Source: Candidatus Limnocylindrales bacterium
GTDB lineage: Bacteria > Chloroflexota > Limnocylindria > Limnocylindrales > CSP1-4
NCBI GenBank assembly: GCA_036758145.1
Contig: DAIOXD010000001.1
Coordinates: forward strand, 1 to 52,274
DNA: 52,274 nucleotides
Direction: 5' to 3'
Shown here: piece after piece, positions 17,920 through 26,518 of the stretch
How the letters are laid out: each line of letters starts with the position of its first letter
How positions within the stretch are numbered: position 1 is the stretch's first letter
Program-made: the position numbers and the translations under genes
The notes under the pieces: model-generated
Seen by the model: the letters and a program-made list of their open reading frames with translations, nothing else
What the model was told of the DNA's origin: nothing
The model's database searches: none

Positions 17920-19203
17920 CTAGACGCCAGCGAGGTCGGCGTACAGGTCGTTCATCTTCGCCTCGAGCTCGTCGCTGAAGAACTGGAAGTTGTGCTGCTT
18001 CGCGACAACGTCGTCGGGTGGGAACAAGAGGTCGAGCAGGGACTGGTCGAGCGGGGCGTCCTTGTTGAGCTCCTTGAGGACCGCCTCGGCACCGTTGACC
18101 GGCGAGACGTAGTAGACGTAATTGGCGATCTGACCGGCGATCTTCGGGTCGTACACGAAGTTCATCATGAGCTCGGCCGTGTACTTGTTCGTGGCGCCCT
18201 TCGGGATCAGGAGGTTGTCGGTCCAGATCATCGTCCCCTCGGTCGGGAAGGCGAACGTGTCGCCCTCGGTTCCGGAGGAGGCGAGGTCGCCCGACCAGAC
18301 CATCGCGGCATAGACCTTCTTGGCCGCGAAGTCTTGAAGGTATTCGTTACCCGTGAACCGCAAGCCCTTGTCGACGAGCGGCTTGATGTCGTCGTGGACG
18401 GCCTGGAGGTCGGCATCGGTCGTGGTCGCGGGATCCGCGGCCTTGCCGAGCTTGAGCAGCCCCAGCCCGAAGGTGTCGCGCTTTTCCGTGAGGAAGGTCA
18501 CCTTGTCGGATCGGATGGCGTACAGGTCGGCGAGCGACTTGGGCTCGGCGATCTTCGCCGCGGCCAGGGTCTTCGTGTTGTAACCGATACCGGTCATCCC
18601 TGACTGCCACGGGTAGTGGAAGTCGTTGCCAGGGTCCCAGCTTTGGTTCCGGAGCGGATCGCGCAGGTTGGCCGTGCAGTTGGGCACGTTCCCCTGGTCG
18701 ATCTTCTCGGCCCAGCCCTTGCTGATGATCTTGGCCGCCAGCCAGTCGGTGACCGTGATCAGATCCCAGCCCGTCGGCAGGCCGCCCTGGAGCTGCGGCT
18801 GGATGGTCGCGTAGAAATCCTCGTTGGCTTCGATCTTCTCCTGGTAATCGACGTCGACCTTGTACTGGGCCTTGAACGCCTCGAGCGTCGGTGATGAGCC
18901 TGGCGCGTAGACGCCCTCGTCACCGGCCTTGCCGGTCAGGTCGATATAGGCCGGCCACTGGGCCCACTTGAGCGGGCCGGTCGGGCTCGGTCGCGGCGTC
19001 GGGGCGGCCGAGGCGGTCGGCGCGGCTGACGGTGGCAGCGGCGTGCTCGACGCAGCCGCCGCCGTGCTCGCACTGGGGCTGGTCGAGGCGCCAGTGCACG
19101 CCGCGAGGAATGCGCTGAAGCCGACCATCGCGGATCCCTGCAGGAACCGCCGTCGGGTGATCTCGGCAGCGACGCGCCGGACGATCGGGTCGTGCTCTTC
19201 CAT
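17920..19203 (-). CDS. potD: spermidine/putrescine-type ABC substrate-binding lipoprotein (PotD/PotF-like)
   Basis: Twin-arginine-like signal with a lipobox (RRRFLQGSAMVGFSAFLAAC), an Ala/Ser/Pro linker, and then a periplasmic-binding-protein fold with PotD-like segments. Confidence 0.8.
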   Translation of the reverse strand: MEEHDPIVRRVAAEITRRRFLQGSAMVGFSAFLAACTGASTSPSASTAAAASSTPLPPSAAPTASAAPTPRPSPTGPLKWAQWPAYIDLTGKAGDEGVYAPGSSPTLEAFKAQYKVDVDYQEKIEANEDFYATIQPQLQGGLPTGWDLITVTDWLAAKIISKGWAEKIDQGNVPNCTANLRDPLRNQSWDPGNDFHYPWQSGMTGIGYNTKTLAAAKIAEPKSLADLYAIRSDKVTFLTEKRDTFGLGLLKLGKAADPATTTDADLQAVHDDIKPLVDKGLRFTGNEYLQDFAAKKVYAAMVWSGDLASSGTEGDTFAFPTEGTMIWTDNLLIPKGATNKYTAELMMNFVYDPKIAGQIANYVYYVSPVNGAEAVLKELNKDAPLDQSLLDLLFPPDDVVAKQHNFQFFSDELEAKMNDLYADLAGV

Positions 19204-19242
19204 GGTCTCCTCCGTGCTGCCGGGCTTCTGCGCCGGCGGGCT

Positions 19243-20367
19243 TCAGTGCGCGGTCTCAGGGCTCCCCGTGCCTGGGTCGTGGACGACGAATGAATGTTCA
19301 GGCAGCCAACTCATGACTACCTCGTCGCCGGCTGAGCGGAGCTCGGAGCGGGTGGCACGCTCGACATTCTGTTCGTACACCGTCACCTGGGCGCCGCCGC
19401 GGGCCTCGATGATGTACTGGGTGCTGACGCCGAGGTACGAGGCATCCCGGATGACGCCGTCGAGTATGTTCGCTCCCGGAGTCCGTGTGTCATCGGCGGC
19501 GGACAGCCGGATCTTCTCGGGACGTACGCCCACCTCGATCGCGGGCGATCCATTCACCAGAGCGGCCGGGACGCGGATGCGCGTGTCGTCTGACAGACGG
19601 ATCACGGCGTAGCCGTCGGCCGAGCCGTCTGGCGAACCAGCCAACAGGTTCGACACACCCAGGAAGCCCGCCACGAACCGGGTCGCCGGTCGCTCGTAGA
19701 GGCTCTCCGGATCGGACAGCTGCTCGTAGCGCCCGCTGTTCATGACGGCGATCCGATCGGACATGGTCATCGCCTCTTCCTGGTCGTGGGTCACGTAGAT
19801 GAACGTGATCCCGACCCCTTGCTGGATCCGCTTGAGCTCGACCTGCATCTGCTTCCGCAGCTTGAGGTCGAGCGCGCCCAGCGGTTCATCGAGCAGGAGG
19901 ACGGCCGGTTTGTTGATGAGCGCGCGCGCGAGCGCGACGCGCTGCGCCTGCCCGCCGGAGATCTGGGTTGGCTTGCGCGCCTCGTACCCGGGCAGCTCGA
20001 CAAGGGCGAGCATCTCCTTGACGCGGCTCTTCACCTCCGAGTCCTTGGCGCCCTTGCGACGCAGCCCGAAGGCGACGTTCTCGAAGATCGTCAGGTGTGG
20101 GAAGAGCGCGTAGTTCTGGAAAACGGTATTGACGTTGCGCCTGTACGGCGGCAGCCAGGTGACGTCCTGGCCCTGCAGCTCGATGTAGCCCGAGGTGGGC
20201 GCCTCGAAGCCGCCGATCATCCGCAGGGTCGTCGTCTTGCCGCAGCCGGACGGGCCGAGCAGGCTGAAGAACTCGCCGTCGAGGACCTCGAGATCGATAT
20301 GGTCGACGGCGACCGTCTCGCCGAACTTCTTGACCACATCCACGAGCTTGACGTCGACGGTCGGCAC
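19243..20367 (-). CDS. potA: polyamine-type ABC transporter ATP-binding protein (PotA-like)
   Basis: Walker A (GPSGCGKTT), ABC signature (ISGGQAQRVALARAL) and Walker B (LLLDEPLGALD), plus a C-terminal TOBE-like region. I chose the GTG at 20367 (VPTVDVKLVDV...) with AGGAG upstream. The ORF-track start at 20481 would contain the candidate promoter. Confidence 0.85.
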   Translation of the reverse strand: MPTVDVKLVDVVKKFGETVAVDHIDLEVLDGEFFSLLGPSGCGKTTTLRMIGGFEAPTSGYIELQGQDVTWLPPYRRNVNTVFQNYALFPHLTIFENVAFGLRRKGAKDSEVKSRVKEMLALVELPGYEARKPTQISGGQAQRVALARALINKPAVLLLDEPLGALDLKLRKQMQVELKRIQQGVGITFIYVTHDQEEAMTMSDRIAVMNSGRYEQLSDPESLYERPATRFVAGFLGVSNLLAGSPDGSADGYAVIRLSDDTRIRVPAALVNGSPAIEVGVRPEKIRLSAADDTRTPGANILDGVIRDASYLGVSTQYIIEARGGAQVTVYEQNVERATRSELRSAGDEVVMSWLPEHSFVVHDPGTGSPETAH

Positions 20368-20429
20368 GTTCGAGCGGACTCCTGGGGAGAGGACGCGGCG
20401 ACGCACGATCGCGCGCACCGGTGCGGCCG

Positions 20430-20459
20430 AGGATATGGTCGCGCACCACAGGGTGTCAA
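20430..20459 (-). promoter_or_regulatory. candidate promoter of the pot operon
   Basis: The minus strand reads TTGACA-N18-TATCCT, a perfect -35 and a TAnnnT -10, about 60 nt upstream of the chosen potA GTG. Confidence 0.45.
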
Positions 20460-20653
20460 GGACGCGAGACTCGCTCACCACCCGCTATCTCGGTGCGAGA
20501 TTCGTGGTCAGGTGGTGCCTTCGCGACGGAATCCGCGCCCTCCTCGGACGTAGGCCCCGGCGCGGGCGCTCGTCGCAAGGCCGGGGTACGATATCGACGC
20601 TTCCGACGTCAGAACACGCCATCCGCCCGGGAGTCGAAGGGACGCGACCGCCG

Positions 20654-21733
20654 ATGCCCAGCCTGACCCATGACGCCGTCATCGAGGCGATGCGCACCGT
20701 CCAGGAGCCCGAGCTCGGGCGCGACCTGATCAGCCTCGACATGGTCAAGGACGTCGTCATCGACGGGTCCGCCCTCTCGCTCAAGATCGAGCTGACGACC
20801 CCCGCGTGTCCCCTCAAGGACGAGATCGAGCGGACGACCCACGCCGCGCTCGGGGCGATCGGAGCCACCCAGATCGACATCACCTGGGGCGCCATGGTCC
20901 GTCGCGCGCAGCCGCGGCAGGCAGAGCAGCTCGTGCCCGGGGTGAAGAACATCATCGCCGTGGCGTCGGGCAAGGGCGGGGTCGGGAAGAGCACGGTCAG
21001 CGTCAACCTCGCCGTCGCCCTTGCGCAGGCGGGCGCCTCGGTCGGCCTGCTCGATGCCGACATCACCGGCCCGAATATCCCGCTCATGCTCGGGCTCGAG
21101 GGCCAGCCCAAGGCGAGCGCCAACAACAAGATCACGCCGCTCGAGCGTTACGGCGTCAAGGCCATCTCGATCCAGTTCTTCGTGCCAGAGGGCCAGCCGA
21201 TCGTCTGGCGCGGTCCGCTCGTCGGCGGCGCGATCCAGCAATTCCTGCGCGACGTGGATTGGGGCGACCTCGACTATCTCGTCATCGACCTGCCGCCCGG
21301 AACCTCCGACGCCCAGCTGACCCTCGCCCAGGCGGTGCCGATCTCGGGTGCGGTCCTGGTGACGACCCCGCAGGAGGTCTCGCTGGCGGACGTCGGCAAG
21401 GCGCTCGCGATGTTCCAGCGGATGAGTGTCCCGGTCATCGGCCTGGTCGAGAACATGACGGCGTTCGCCTGTCCGCATTGCGGGGAGCTGACCGAGATCT
21501 TCGGCCGTGGCGGTGGTGAGCGCTTCGCCTCGACCCACAACCTCGACTACCTGGGCGGCATCCCGCTCGACATCACCGTCCGCCAGGGTGGCGACGTCGG
21601 GGTCCCGGCGGTCGCCCAGCGCGAGCCCGGACCCGCCGGTCGAGCCATGACCGGCATCGCCCAGGCGGTCGCCGCACGGATGAGCGTCCGCGCCGCCCAG
21701 GCAGCCCCGCAGCCGGTCCTGACGATCTCCTGA
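20654..21733 (+). CDS. mrp: Fe-S cluster carrier ATPase Mrp/ApbC (DUF59 + ParA-type P-loop)
   Basis: Trimmed to the internal ATG (MPSLTHDAVIEAMRTVQEPELGRDL..., the DUF59 part). Other motifs are the deviant Walker A (VASGKGGVGKST) and CPHCG. The ORF-track N-extension is antisense to potA. Confidence 0.9.
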   Translation: MPSLTHDAVIEAMRTVQEPELGRDLISLDMVKDVVIDGSALSLKIELTTPACPLKDEIERTTHAALGAIGATQIDITWGAMVRRAQPRQAEQLVPGVKNIIAVASGKGGVGKSTVSVNLAVALAQAGASVGLLDADITGPNIPLMLGLEGQPKASANNKITPLERYGVKAISIQFFVPEGQPIVWRGPLVGGAIQQFLRDVDWGDLDYLVIDLPPGTSDAQLTLAQAVPISGAVLVTTPQEVSLADVGKALAMFQRMSVPVIGLVENMTAFACPHCGELTEIFGRGGGERFASTHNLDYLGGIPLDITVRQGGDVGVPAVAQREPGPAGRAMTGIAQAVAARMSVRAAQAAPQPVLTIS

Positions 21734-21748
21734 CCCTGTAGGTCGCGG

Positions 21749-22981
21749 TCAGCCCGCCTCCGCCGGCAGGGTCTCGAACAGGAAGGCCGCCGCGGTGAGC
21801 GCCGCCCGCGACCGACCCATCGGTCCAGTCAGGAAGACCAGCCGCCGGGCCCGATTCTCGCCATCGGGTGTCGAGATCGCCATCGAGACCGCCGTGTCGC
21901 CGGTCCGCGGCCGGATCCGGACGGCGAGGCCCACCTCCGAACCGCCCAGCTCACGCGCGCGCCGCGCGAACCGAACGAGGTCCTCGGGGACCTCGTCACC
22001 GTCGTCCGTCGGCGCCCCGTGCGCTACCGCCGCGGGTGCATCGGGCGAGATCGCCTCGACGAAGCGAAGCCACGCTGCATCGCCGAGCAATGTGTCGACG
22101 CTCCCGCCGGTCCCGATCTCGACCACCGAGAGCGTCCAGCCCAGCGCATCGAGCCGCGCGCCGATCGCCTCGCTCCAGGTCGTCTCGCCGGTCGCCCAGA
22201 CGAACGTGCCGAGGCGCTCGATGACCGCCGAGGACGCTGCGTCGACGAGCTCATCGGCCGATCGGTCGCCTTCGCTGACCGCCGAGACGCGGACGTCGAC
22301 GGCCTCGACCCGGGCATAGGTCGCCACGATCGGATTGGTCGCCCGGAGCAATCCCTCGCCGAGCGACTCCGCGACCTGGGACTCACCGATCCCGGTCAGG
22401 CGATAGGTCCGCGAGGCGACCGGCGCCCCAAGGCCCAGCCCCTCGAGGCGCGGAACGGCTTCTCCCGACCACATCGGTCGCATCTCCCGGGGCGGACCCG
22501 GCAGGGCGACGACCACCCGACCATCCCGTCCGCCGACGAACCAGCCGGGCGCCGTGCCGTTCGGGTTCGGCAGCGCGACCGCCGAGGGGATCAGCCAGGC
22601 CTGCTTCAGGTTGAGTTCCGGGAACGGCATCCCGCGCCTCGCCCAGAGCTCCCGAAGCCAGGCCTCGAGCTCCGGATCCACCCTCGGCGTCTCGCTCATC
22701 GCCGCGGCGATCGCCTCGCGCGTCAGGTCGTCGGGTGTCGGCCCGAGTCCGCCCGTGGAGACGACGAGGTCGGCGCGTTCCAGCCCCGCATGGAACGCGG
22801 CGGTGACCACCTTGAGATCGTCGGGGAGTGCCGTCATCCGCAGGACCCGGACACCCTGCGCGGTCAGTGAGCGGGCGAGCTCACCCGAGTTCGTGTCGCG
22901 GGTGTCGCCCACGGTGAGTTCCGTCCCGACGCTGAGCAGTTCGGCCGTCAGCAACCGGGCGCGTTCGGGGGCGGACATCAC
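21749..22981 (-). CDS. cinA: CinA-family protein (MoCF-binding domain + degenerate PncC-like C-terminal domain)
   Basis: The N-terminal domain reads LLSVGTELTVGDTRDTNSGELA ... VVSTGGLGPTPDDLTREA. The C-terminal domain is present, but where CinA/PncC proteins usually read ESCTGG this one reads VEIGTGG. Confidence 0.8.
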   Translation of the reverse strand: MMSAPERARLLTAELLSVGTELTVGDTRDTNSGELARSLTAQGVRVLRMTALPDDLKVVTAAFHAGLERADLVVSTGGLGPTPDDLTREAIAAAMSETPRVDPELEAWLRELWARRGMPFPELNLKQAWLIPSAVALPNPNGTAPGWFVGGRDGRVVVALPGPPREMRPMWSGEAVPRLEGLGLGAPVASRTYRLTGIGESQVAESLGEGLLRATNPIVATYARVEAVDVRVSAVSEGDRSADELVDAASSAVIERLGTFVWATGETTWSEAIGARLDALGWTLSVVEIGTGGSVDTLLGDAAWLRFVEAISPDAPAAVAHGAPTDDGDEVPEDLVRFARRARELGGSEVGLAVRIRPRTGDTAVSMAISTPDGENRARRLVFLTGPMGRSRAALTAAAFLFETLPAEAG

Positions 22982-23024
22982 CCGCAGCGTAGCGCGCCCC
23001 GAGGCCGGCGACCGAACGCGGCTG

Positions 23025-23948
23025 ATGCGCTGCTATCATCGCCAGCGACCCCCAGGTCCCAGCCGAAAGGGGAGCGCGACCCTGGACGATCCAAAGACGA
23101 GCCCGCCGCCGCCTCCGCCCGCGCCGGGCGAACGTGGCCCGAGGCAGGCGCCGCCCGGTCTGCGCGAGCAGATCGGCGCCACCTTCGACGCCGTGAAGGC
23201 GCTGGTCGCCGCGCACATCGAACTCGCCAAGACGGAAGTGTCCGCCATCGCCCACGAGGTCGGTCGCGTGGCGGCGCTGGGTGCCGCCGCCTTCGGGCTC
23301 GTCGTCATCGCCCTCTTCCTGCTCGTCATCGGCGGCGCCCTCTGGCTCGGCGAGTGGCTCCTCGGTTCGATGGGCTGGGGCGTCCTTCACGGAGTCCTCG
23401 CCTGCCTGTCGGTCGCCCTGGCGCTGGTGCTCATGGCCATCGGCGTCTCCACCCGGCGCATCGGGCGTGCACTCCTGCTCGCCGTCGTCGCGGCCGTCGT
23501 CATCGGCGTCATCCTCGGACTGGACCTCGCGAACCGCGTGTACACGCAGATCGGCGATTCGGCGACGCTCGCGTTCGATCCCGGCTACCGCCCGCTCATC
23601 GTGGGGATGCTGGTCGGCGGGCTCATCGGTCTGGTCGTCGGGATCGTCGCAGCGGTCAGGCTGACGGGCGCGGCCGGCGGGCGGATCGCCGCGGTCATCG
23701 GGCTGGCCATCCTTGGCGTGGGCGCCGGCGCCTTCACCACGATCACATTCGGGCCGCAGGTCGGCGCCGCCATCGGGATCACCGCGGGCTACCTCATCTG
23801 GATGGCCCTGATGGGCATCGACGTCGCGGTGACCGGCATCGATGTCGACGCGCTCAAGCAACGCTTCTATCCCGCCCAGACCATCGAAACCAGTAAGGAG
23901 ACGCTCGAGTGGCTACAGAAACGGATGCCGCCCGGGATCGGGTCCTAG
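23025..23948 (+). CDS. multi-TM membrane protein with N-terminal actinobacterial holin-X-like (Phage_holin_3_6) region
   Basis: Trimmed to the internal ATG. It has a Pro-rich N-terminus followed by ALVAAHIELAKTEVSAIAHEVGRVAALGAAAFGLVVIALFLLVIGGALWL, the amphipathic-helix-plus-TM pattern I associate with that family, and then at least four more TM helices. The family call is from memory. Confidence 0.5.
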   Translation: MRCYHRQRPPGPSRKGSATLDDPKTSPPPPPPAPGERGPRQAPPGLREQIGATFDAVKALVAAHIELAKTEVSAIAHEVGRVAALGAAAFGLVVIALFLLVIGGALWLGEWLLGSMGWGVLHGVLACLSVALALVLMAIGVSTRRIGRALLLAVVAAVVIGVILGLDLANRVYTQIGDSATLAFDPGYRPLIVGMLVGGLIGLVVGIVAAVRLTGAAGGRIAAVIGLAILGVGAGAFTTITFGPQVGAAIGITAGYLIWMALMGIDVAVTGIDVDALKQRFYPAQTIETSKETLEWLQKRMPPGIGS

Positions 23949-24496
23949 CGGCCCGCTCCGCCCTGGGCGAGGAACTCGAGGTCCTGGAGGCCTCGGCACG
24001 CGCCGCGGTGGATGTGCCCGCGAAGATCCGGCGCAGCCCGGCCAAGGCCGCCGCGATCGCCGGCGGGGCCGCGTTCTTCGCGCTCGGCGGCCCGAAGCGC
24101 GCCTTGCGCGCGGGCAAGCGGGCGATCACCGGCGATCCGGCCCCGATGCCCCGCTCGATGCTGCCCAAGGAGGTCGAGAAGACGCTGCGCAAGCTGGGCG
24201 ATGACGGTGACGACGTGCGCGCCGCACTCGAGCGTGACTTCGCCGATTACGCGAAGCAGGCCGAACGCGACCGAGTCAAGGTGCCGACGATGCTCCTGGG
24301 GGCGTTCGCCCAGCCGATCCTGTCCCAGGCGGCGAAGCGGGCGACAGCATGGCTCTTCCGGACCGATGACGAAGGCTTCCAGGCACGTCTGGCGCAGGTG
24401 CGCGAGCGGGCGCGACGCCAGAACGATGCCCTCGCCAGCGAGCCTGGGACGGTGGACCCAGCGGCCGACGCCGACGCAGGCGCGGCGGGCGCCTGA
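23909..24496 (+). CDS. DUF3618-like protein
   Basis: MATETDAARDRVLAARSALGEELEVLEASARAAVDVPAKIRR matches the N-terminal coiled segment typical of DUF3618 proteins, which commonly follow holin-X-like genes. It overlaps the upstream gene by 40 nt. Confidence 0.5.
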   Translation: MATETDAARDRVLAARSALGEELEVLEASARAAVDVPAKIRRSPAKAAAIAGGAAFFALGGPKRALRAGKRAITGDPAPMPRSMLPKEVEKTLRKLGDDGDDVRAALERDFADYAKQAERDRVKVPTMLLGAFAQPILSQAAKRATAWLFRTDDEGFQARLAQVRERARRQNDALASEPGTVDPAADADAGAAGA

Positions 24497-24551
24497 ACGG
24501 GCACCTGCCGGGCGCCCGCCGCGGCGACCGGCCCGCGCTAGACTTCGCGGC

Positions 24552-24636
24552 GGGCGAGTGGCGGAATGGCAGACGCGCCGGCCTTAGGAGCCGGTGCCGC
24601 GAAAGCGGCGTGGAGGTTCGATCCCTCTCTCGCCTA
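24552..24636 (+). tRNA. tRNA-Leu (anticodon UAG)
   Basis: Hand-folded cloverleaf. Acceptor GGGCGAG/CTCGCCT (7 bp, one G-U). D arm GCG-GAATGGCAGA-CGC. Anticodon stem CCGGC/GCCGG with loop CTTAGGA. Long variable arm GCCGC-GAAA-GCGGC (class II). T arm GGAGG-TTCGATC-CCTCT. Discriminator A. Only CC of the CCA end is encoded; the next base is G. Confidence 0.93.
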
Positions 24637-24650
24637 CCGCCCGTCGCCTG

Positions 24651-26489
24651 ATGGATCGCCTCCGCTCGACCGTCGGCGGCGCCAGCCACCGGGACGCGTG
24701 GATCGTCCTCGGTCTGCTCGTGCTGGCAGTCGGTCTGCCGGCTATCGTCGGCATCGGCTCCGGCGCGATCTCGGCCCCGCATAACGACGACTTCGCCTAT
24801 CGGCGCGCGGCGCTGATGCTCTTCCAGCACGGCCGCCTCGAGTTCACCGGTTGGGCGGTCATGACCCTGGTCGGCCAGCTGGCCGCGACGATGCCGCTGC
24901 TCTGGCTCACCTCGGGGAGTGCCGCGGCGTTCGCGACCACGACGGCCCTCTTCGGGGTCGTCGCCATCGTCGCGAGCTATTCGGTGGCGCGGCGCGTCCT
25001 CTCACCCGGGCTGGCCGGGCTGGCCGTCCTGCTCGCGGTCCTCGTCCCGGGGTTCCTGCTCTACACGACCGCGTACATGACCGAGGTCCCGGCGTTCGCG
25101 ATGGAGATGTCATGCCTCGCGATCGGGGCCGTGGCCCTGGAGCGGTCGCCCGAAAGCCATCGATGGCGCTGGCTCGCGGCATCCCTGGTGGTCGGCTGCT
25201 ACGCCTTCAGCATCCGCGAATACGCGCTCGCGGCGCCGCTCGCGGTCCTCATTGCCGCCGCTGCTTGGGACCACCAGGGCCGACGCCTCCCGTACATCGT
25301 CGGCCTCGCTGTGGTCGGCGTCGTCTGCGGGGCGACCTACCTCTGGACGGCCGGCCTGCCCGGTCAGGGAGCGGTCGGCCTCGAGGCGCCGACGGCGCAC
25401 ACCACCCGCCGCGTGCTCGACGCCATCGGTGTCATCAGCCTCACCCTCGCGCCGGCCATCCTCATCGCGGCCTGGACATGGGTCCCGCGCTGGTGGCGCT
25501 CCCGAGACAAGGTCGCGGCCATCGCGGGCGGGCTTGTCGGCCTGGGCATCGCGACCGTCGTCTACCTCGAGCAGCTGGTGACGCGGATCGGCGGCCCGGG
25601 CGGCCCGGACATCTTCGTCGGCAACGTCTTCGACAGGTATGGCTCCCTCGGAGTCGAGCAGCTCGCGGGCCGCCGTCCCGTGCTGTTCGCCTCGCCCTGG
25701 TGGGACCTGCTCAATGACCTCGCCCTGGTCGCCACGTTCGGCGGCTTGGCGCTCCTCGGCGCGGCGCTGGTGGTCGAGCGCCATCGTCTGCTGCGGGCCT
25801 TGGACCTCCGGTCGGTCCCGACGCCGCTCGGCACGAGCCCAGGGATGCTGGCGCTGTTCGCGGTCATCTTCGCGGCCGGGACTGCGTTCCTCGGGCTGAC
25901 GGTGATCATCTTCGATCGCTACACGTGGCCGTTGGCGCTGCCGCTGGCGGTCATCCTGCTGCGACGACCCGGTCCCACACCGGCGGCCGAGCGTGCACGT
26001 GCGGGCGGGCCCGACGACCATGCCGGCACCCCCGATCGGCGGCCAGGCCGCCCGTTTGCGATGTGGGTCGCGGCCGGGATCCTGTTCGCCTTTGCATCTG
26101 CGACCAGCCTCGCCCTCCTCCTCAACGAGGCGGCCTTCGATGGCGCCCGCTGGCGGATCGGCGACGAGGCGGTCAGGCTCGGGTTCGCCGCGGACACGGT
26201 GGATGCGGGCCTCGAATGGGTCGGGCTCCACGCCACTGGCCCGGTCCAGCTCGCGGCCCGGCAGGTGCCCGACCGAACGGGCTACTCGGTCAAGTTCCCC
26301 ACCTTCCACGCCTGCGCCATCGTCTCGTCCACGCCACTCGACTGGGTCGATGTCGAGCTCGTCGTGAAACGGTTCGACGCCTACCGCCTCCTGTTCGTCG
26401 TCGGACCCTCGGAGCCGCTCTATCTGTATCGCGTAGGCAGGCCGGGCTGTCCGACCGGCCAACTGGCGGACCGCGCCCACCGGCCATGA
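24651..26489 (+). CDS. GT-C-fold glycosyltransferase-like integral membrane protein (ArnT/PMT-like)
   Basis: Trimmed to the first ATG after the tRNA (MDRLRSTVGG...). It has at least 10 TM helices, an acidic first-loop motif (APHNDDFAYRRAA) as in GT-C enzymes, and a soluble C-terminal domain of about 120 aa. The family call has moderate support only. Confidence 0.5.
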   Translation: MDRLRSTVGGASHRDAWIVLGLLVLAVGLPAIVGIGSGAISAPHNDDFAYRRAALMLFQHGRLEFTGWAVMTLVGQLAATMPLLWLTSGSAAAFATTTALFGVVAIVASYSVARRVLSPGLAGLAVLLAVLVPGFLLYTTAYMTEVPAFAMEMSCLAIGAVALERSPESHRWRWLAASLVVGCYAFSIREYALAAPLAVLIAAAAWDHQGRRLPYIVGLAVVGVVCGATYLWTAGLPGQGAVGLEAPTAHTTRRVLDAIGVISLTLAPAILIAAWTWVPRWWRSRDKVAAIAGGLVGLGIATVVYLEQLVTRIGGPGGPDIFVGNVFDRYGSLGVEQLAGRRPVLFASPWWDLLNDLALVATFGGLALLGAALVVERHRLLRALDLRSVPTPLGTSPGMLALFAVIFAAGTAFLGLTVIIFDRYTWPLALPLAVILLRRPGPTPAAERARAGGPDDHAGTPDRRPGRPFAMWVAAGILFAFASATSLALLLNEAAFDGARWRIGDEAVRLGFAADTVDAGLEWVGLHATGPVQLAARQVPDRTGYSVKFPTFHACAIVSSTPLDWVDVELVVKRFDAYRLLFVVGPSEPLYLYRVGRPGCPTGQLADRAHRP

Positions 26490-26503
26490 CCGGAGGTGCG
26501 CCC

Positions 26504-26509
26504 TATACT
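26504..26509 (+). promoter_or_regulatory. candidate -10 box (TATACT) for a near-leaderless tig mRNA
   Basis: TATACT ends 9 nt before the tig ATG. There is no SD in between (TTCCCCACG) and I found no convincing -35. Confidence 0.3.
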
Positions 26510-26518
26510 TTCCCCACG

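Noticed and set aside
20195-23948. Over-long ORF-track versions of mrp (20195..21733) and the holin-X-like gene (22554..23948).
   Set aside because: The extensions are antisense to potA and cinA respectively and lack family similarity. Internal ATGs start the conserved sequence.
24552-26489. tRNA-Leu as the integration site of a genomic island.
   Set aside because: There is no integrase, no second copy of the tRNA 3' end downstream that I could find, and the flanking genes (tig-clpP-clpX) are core genes.
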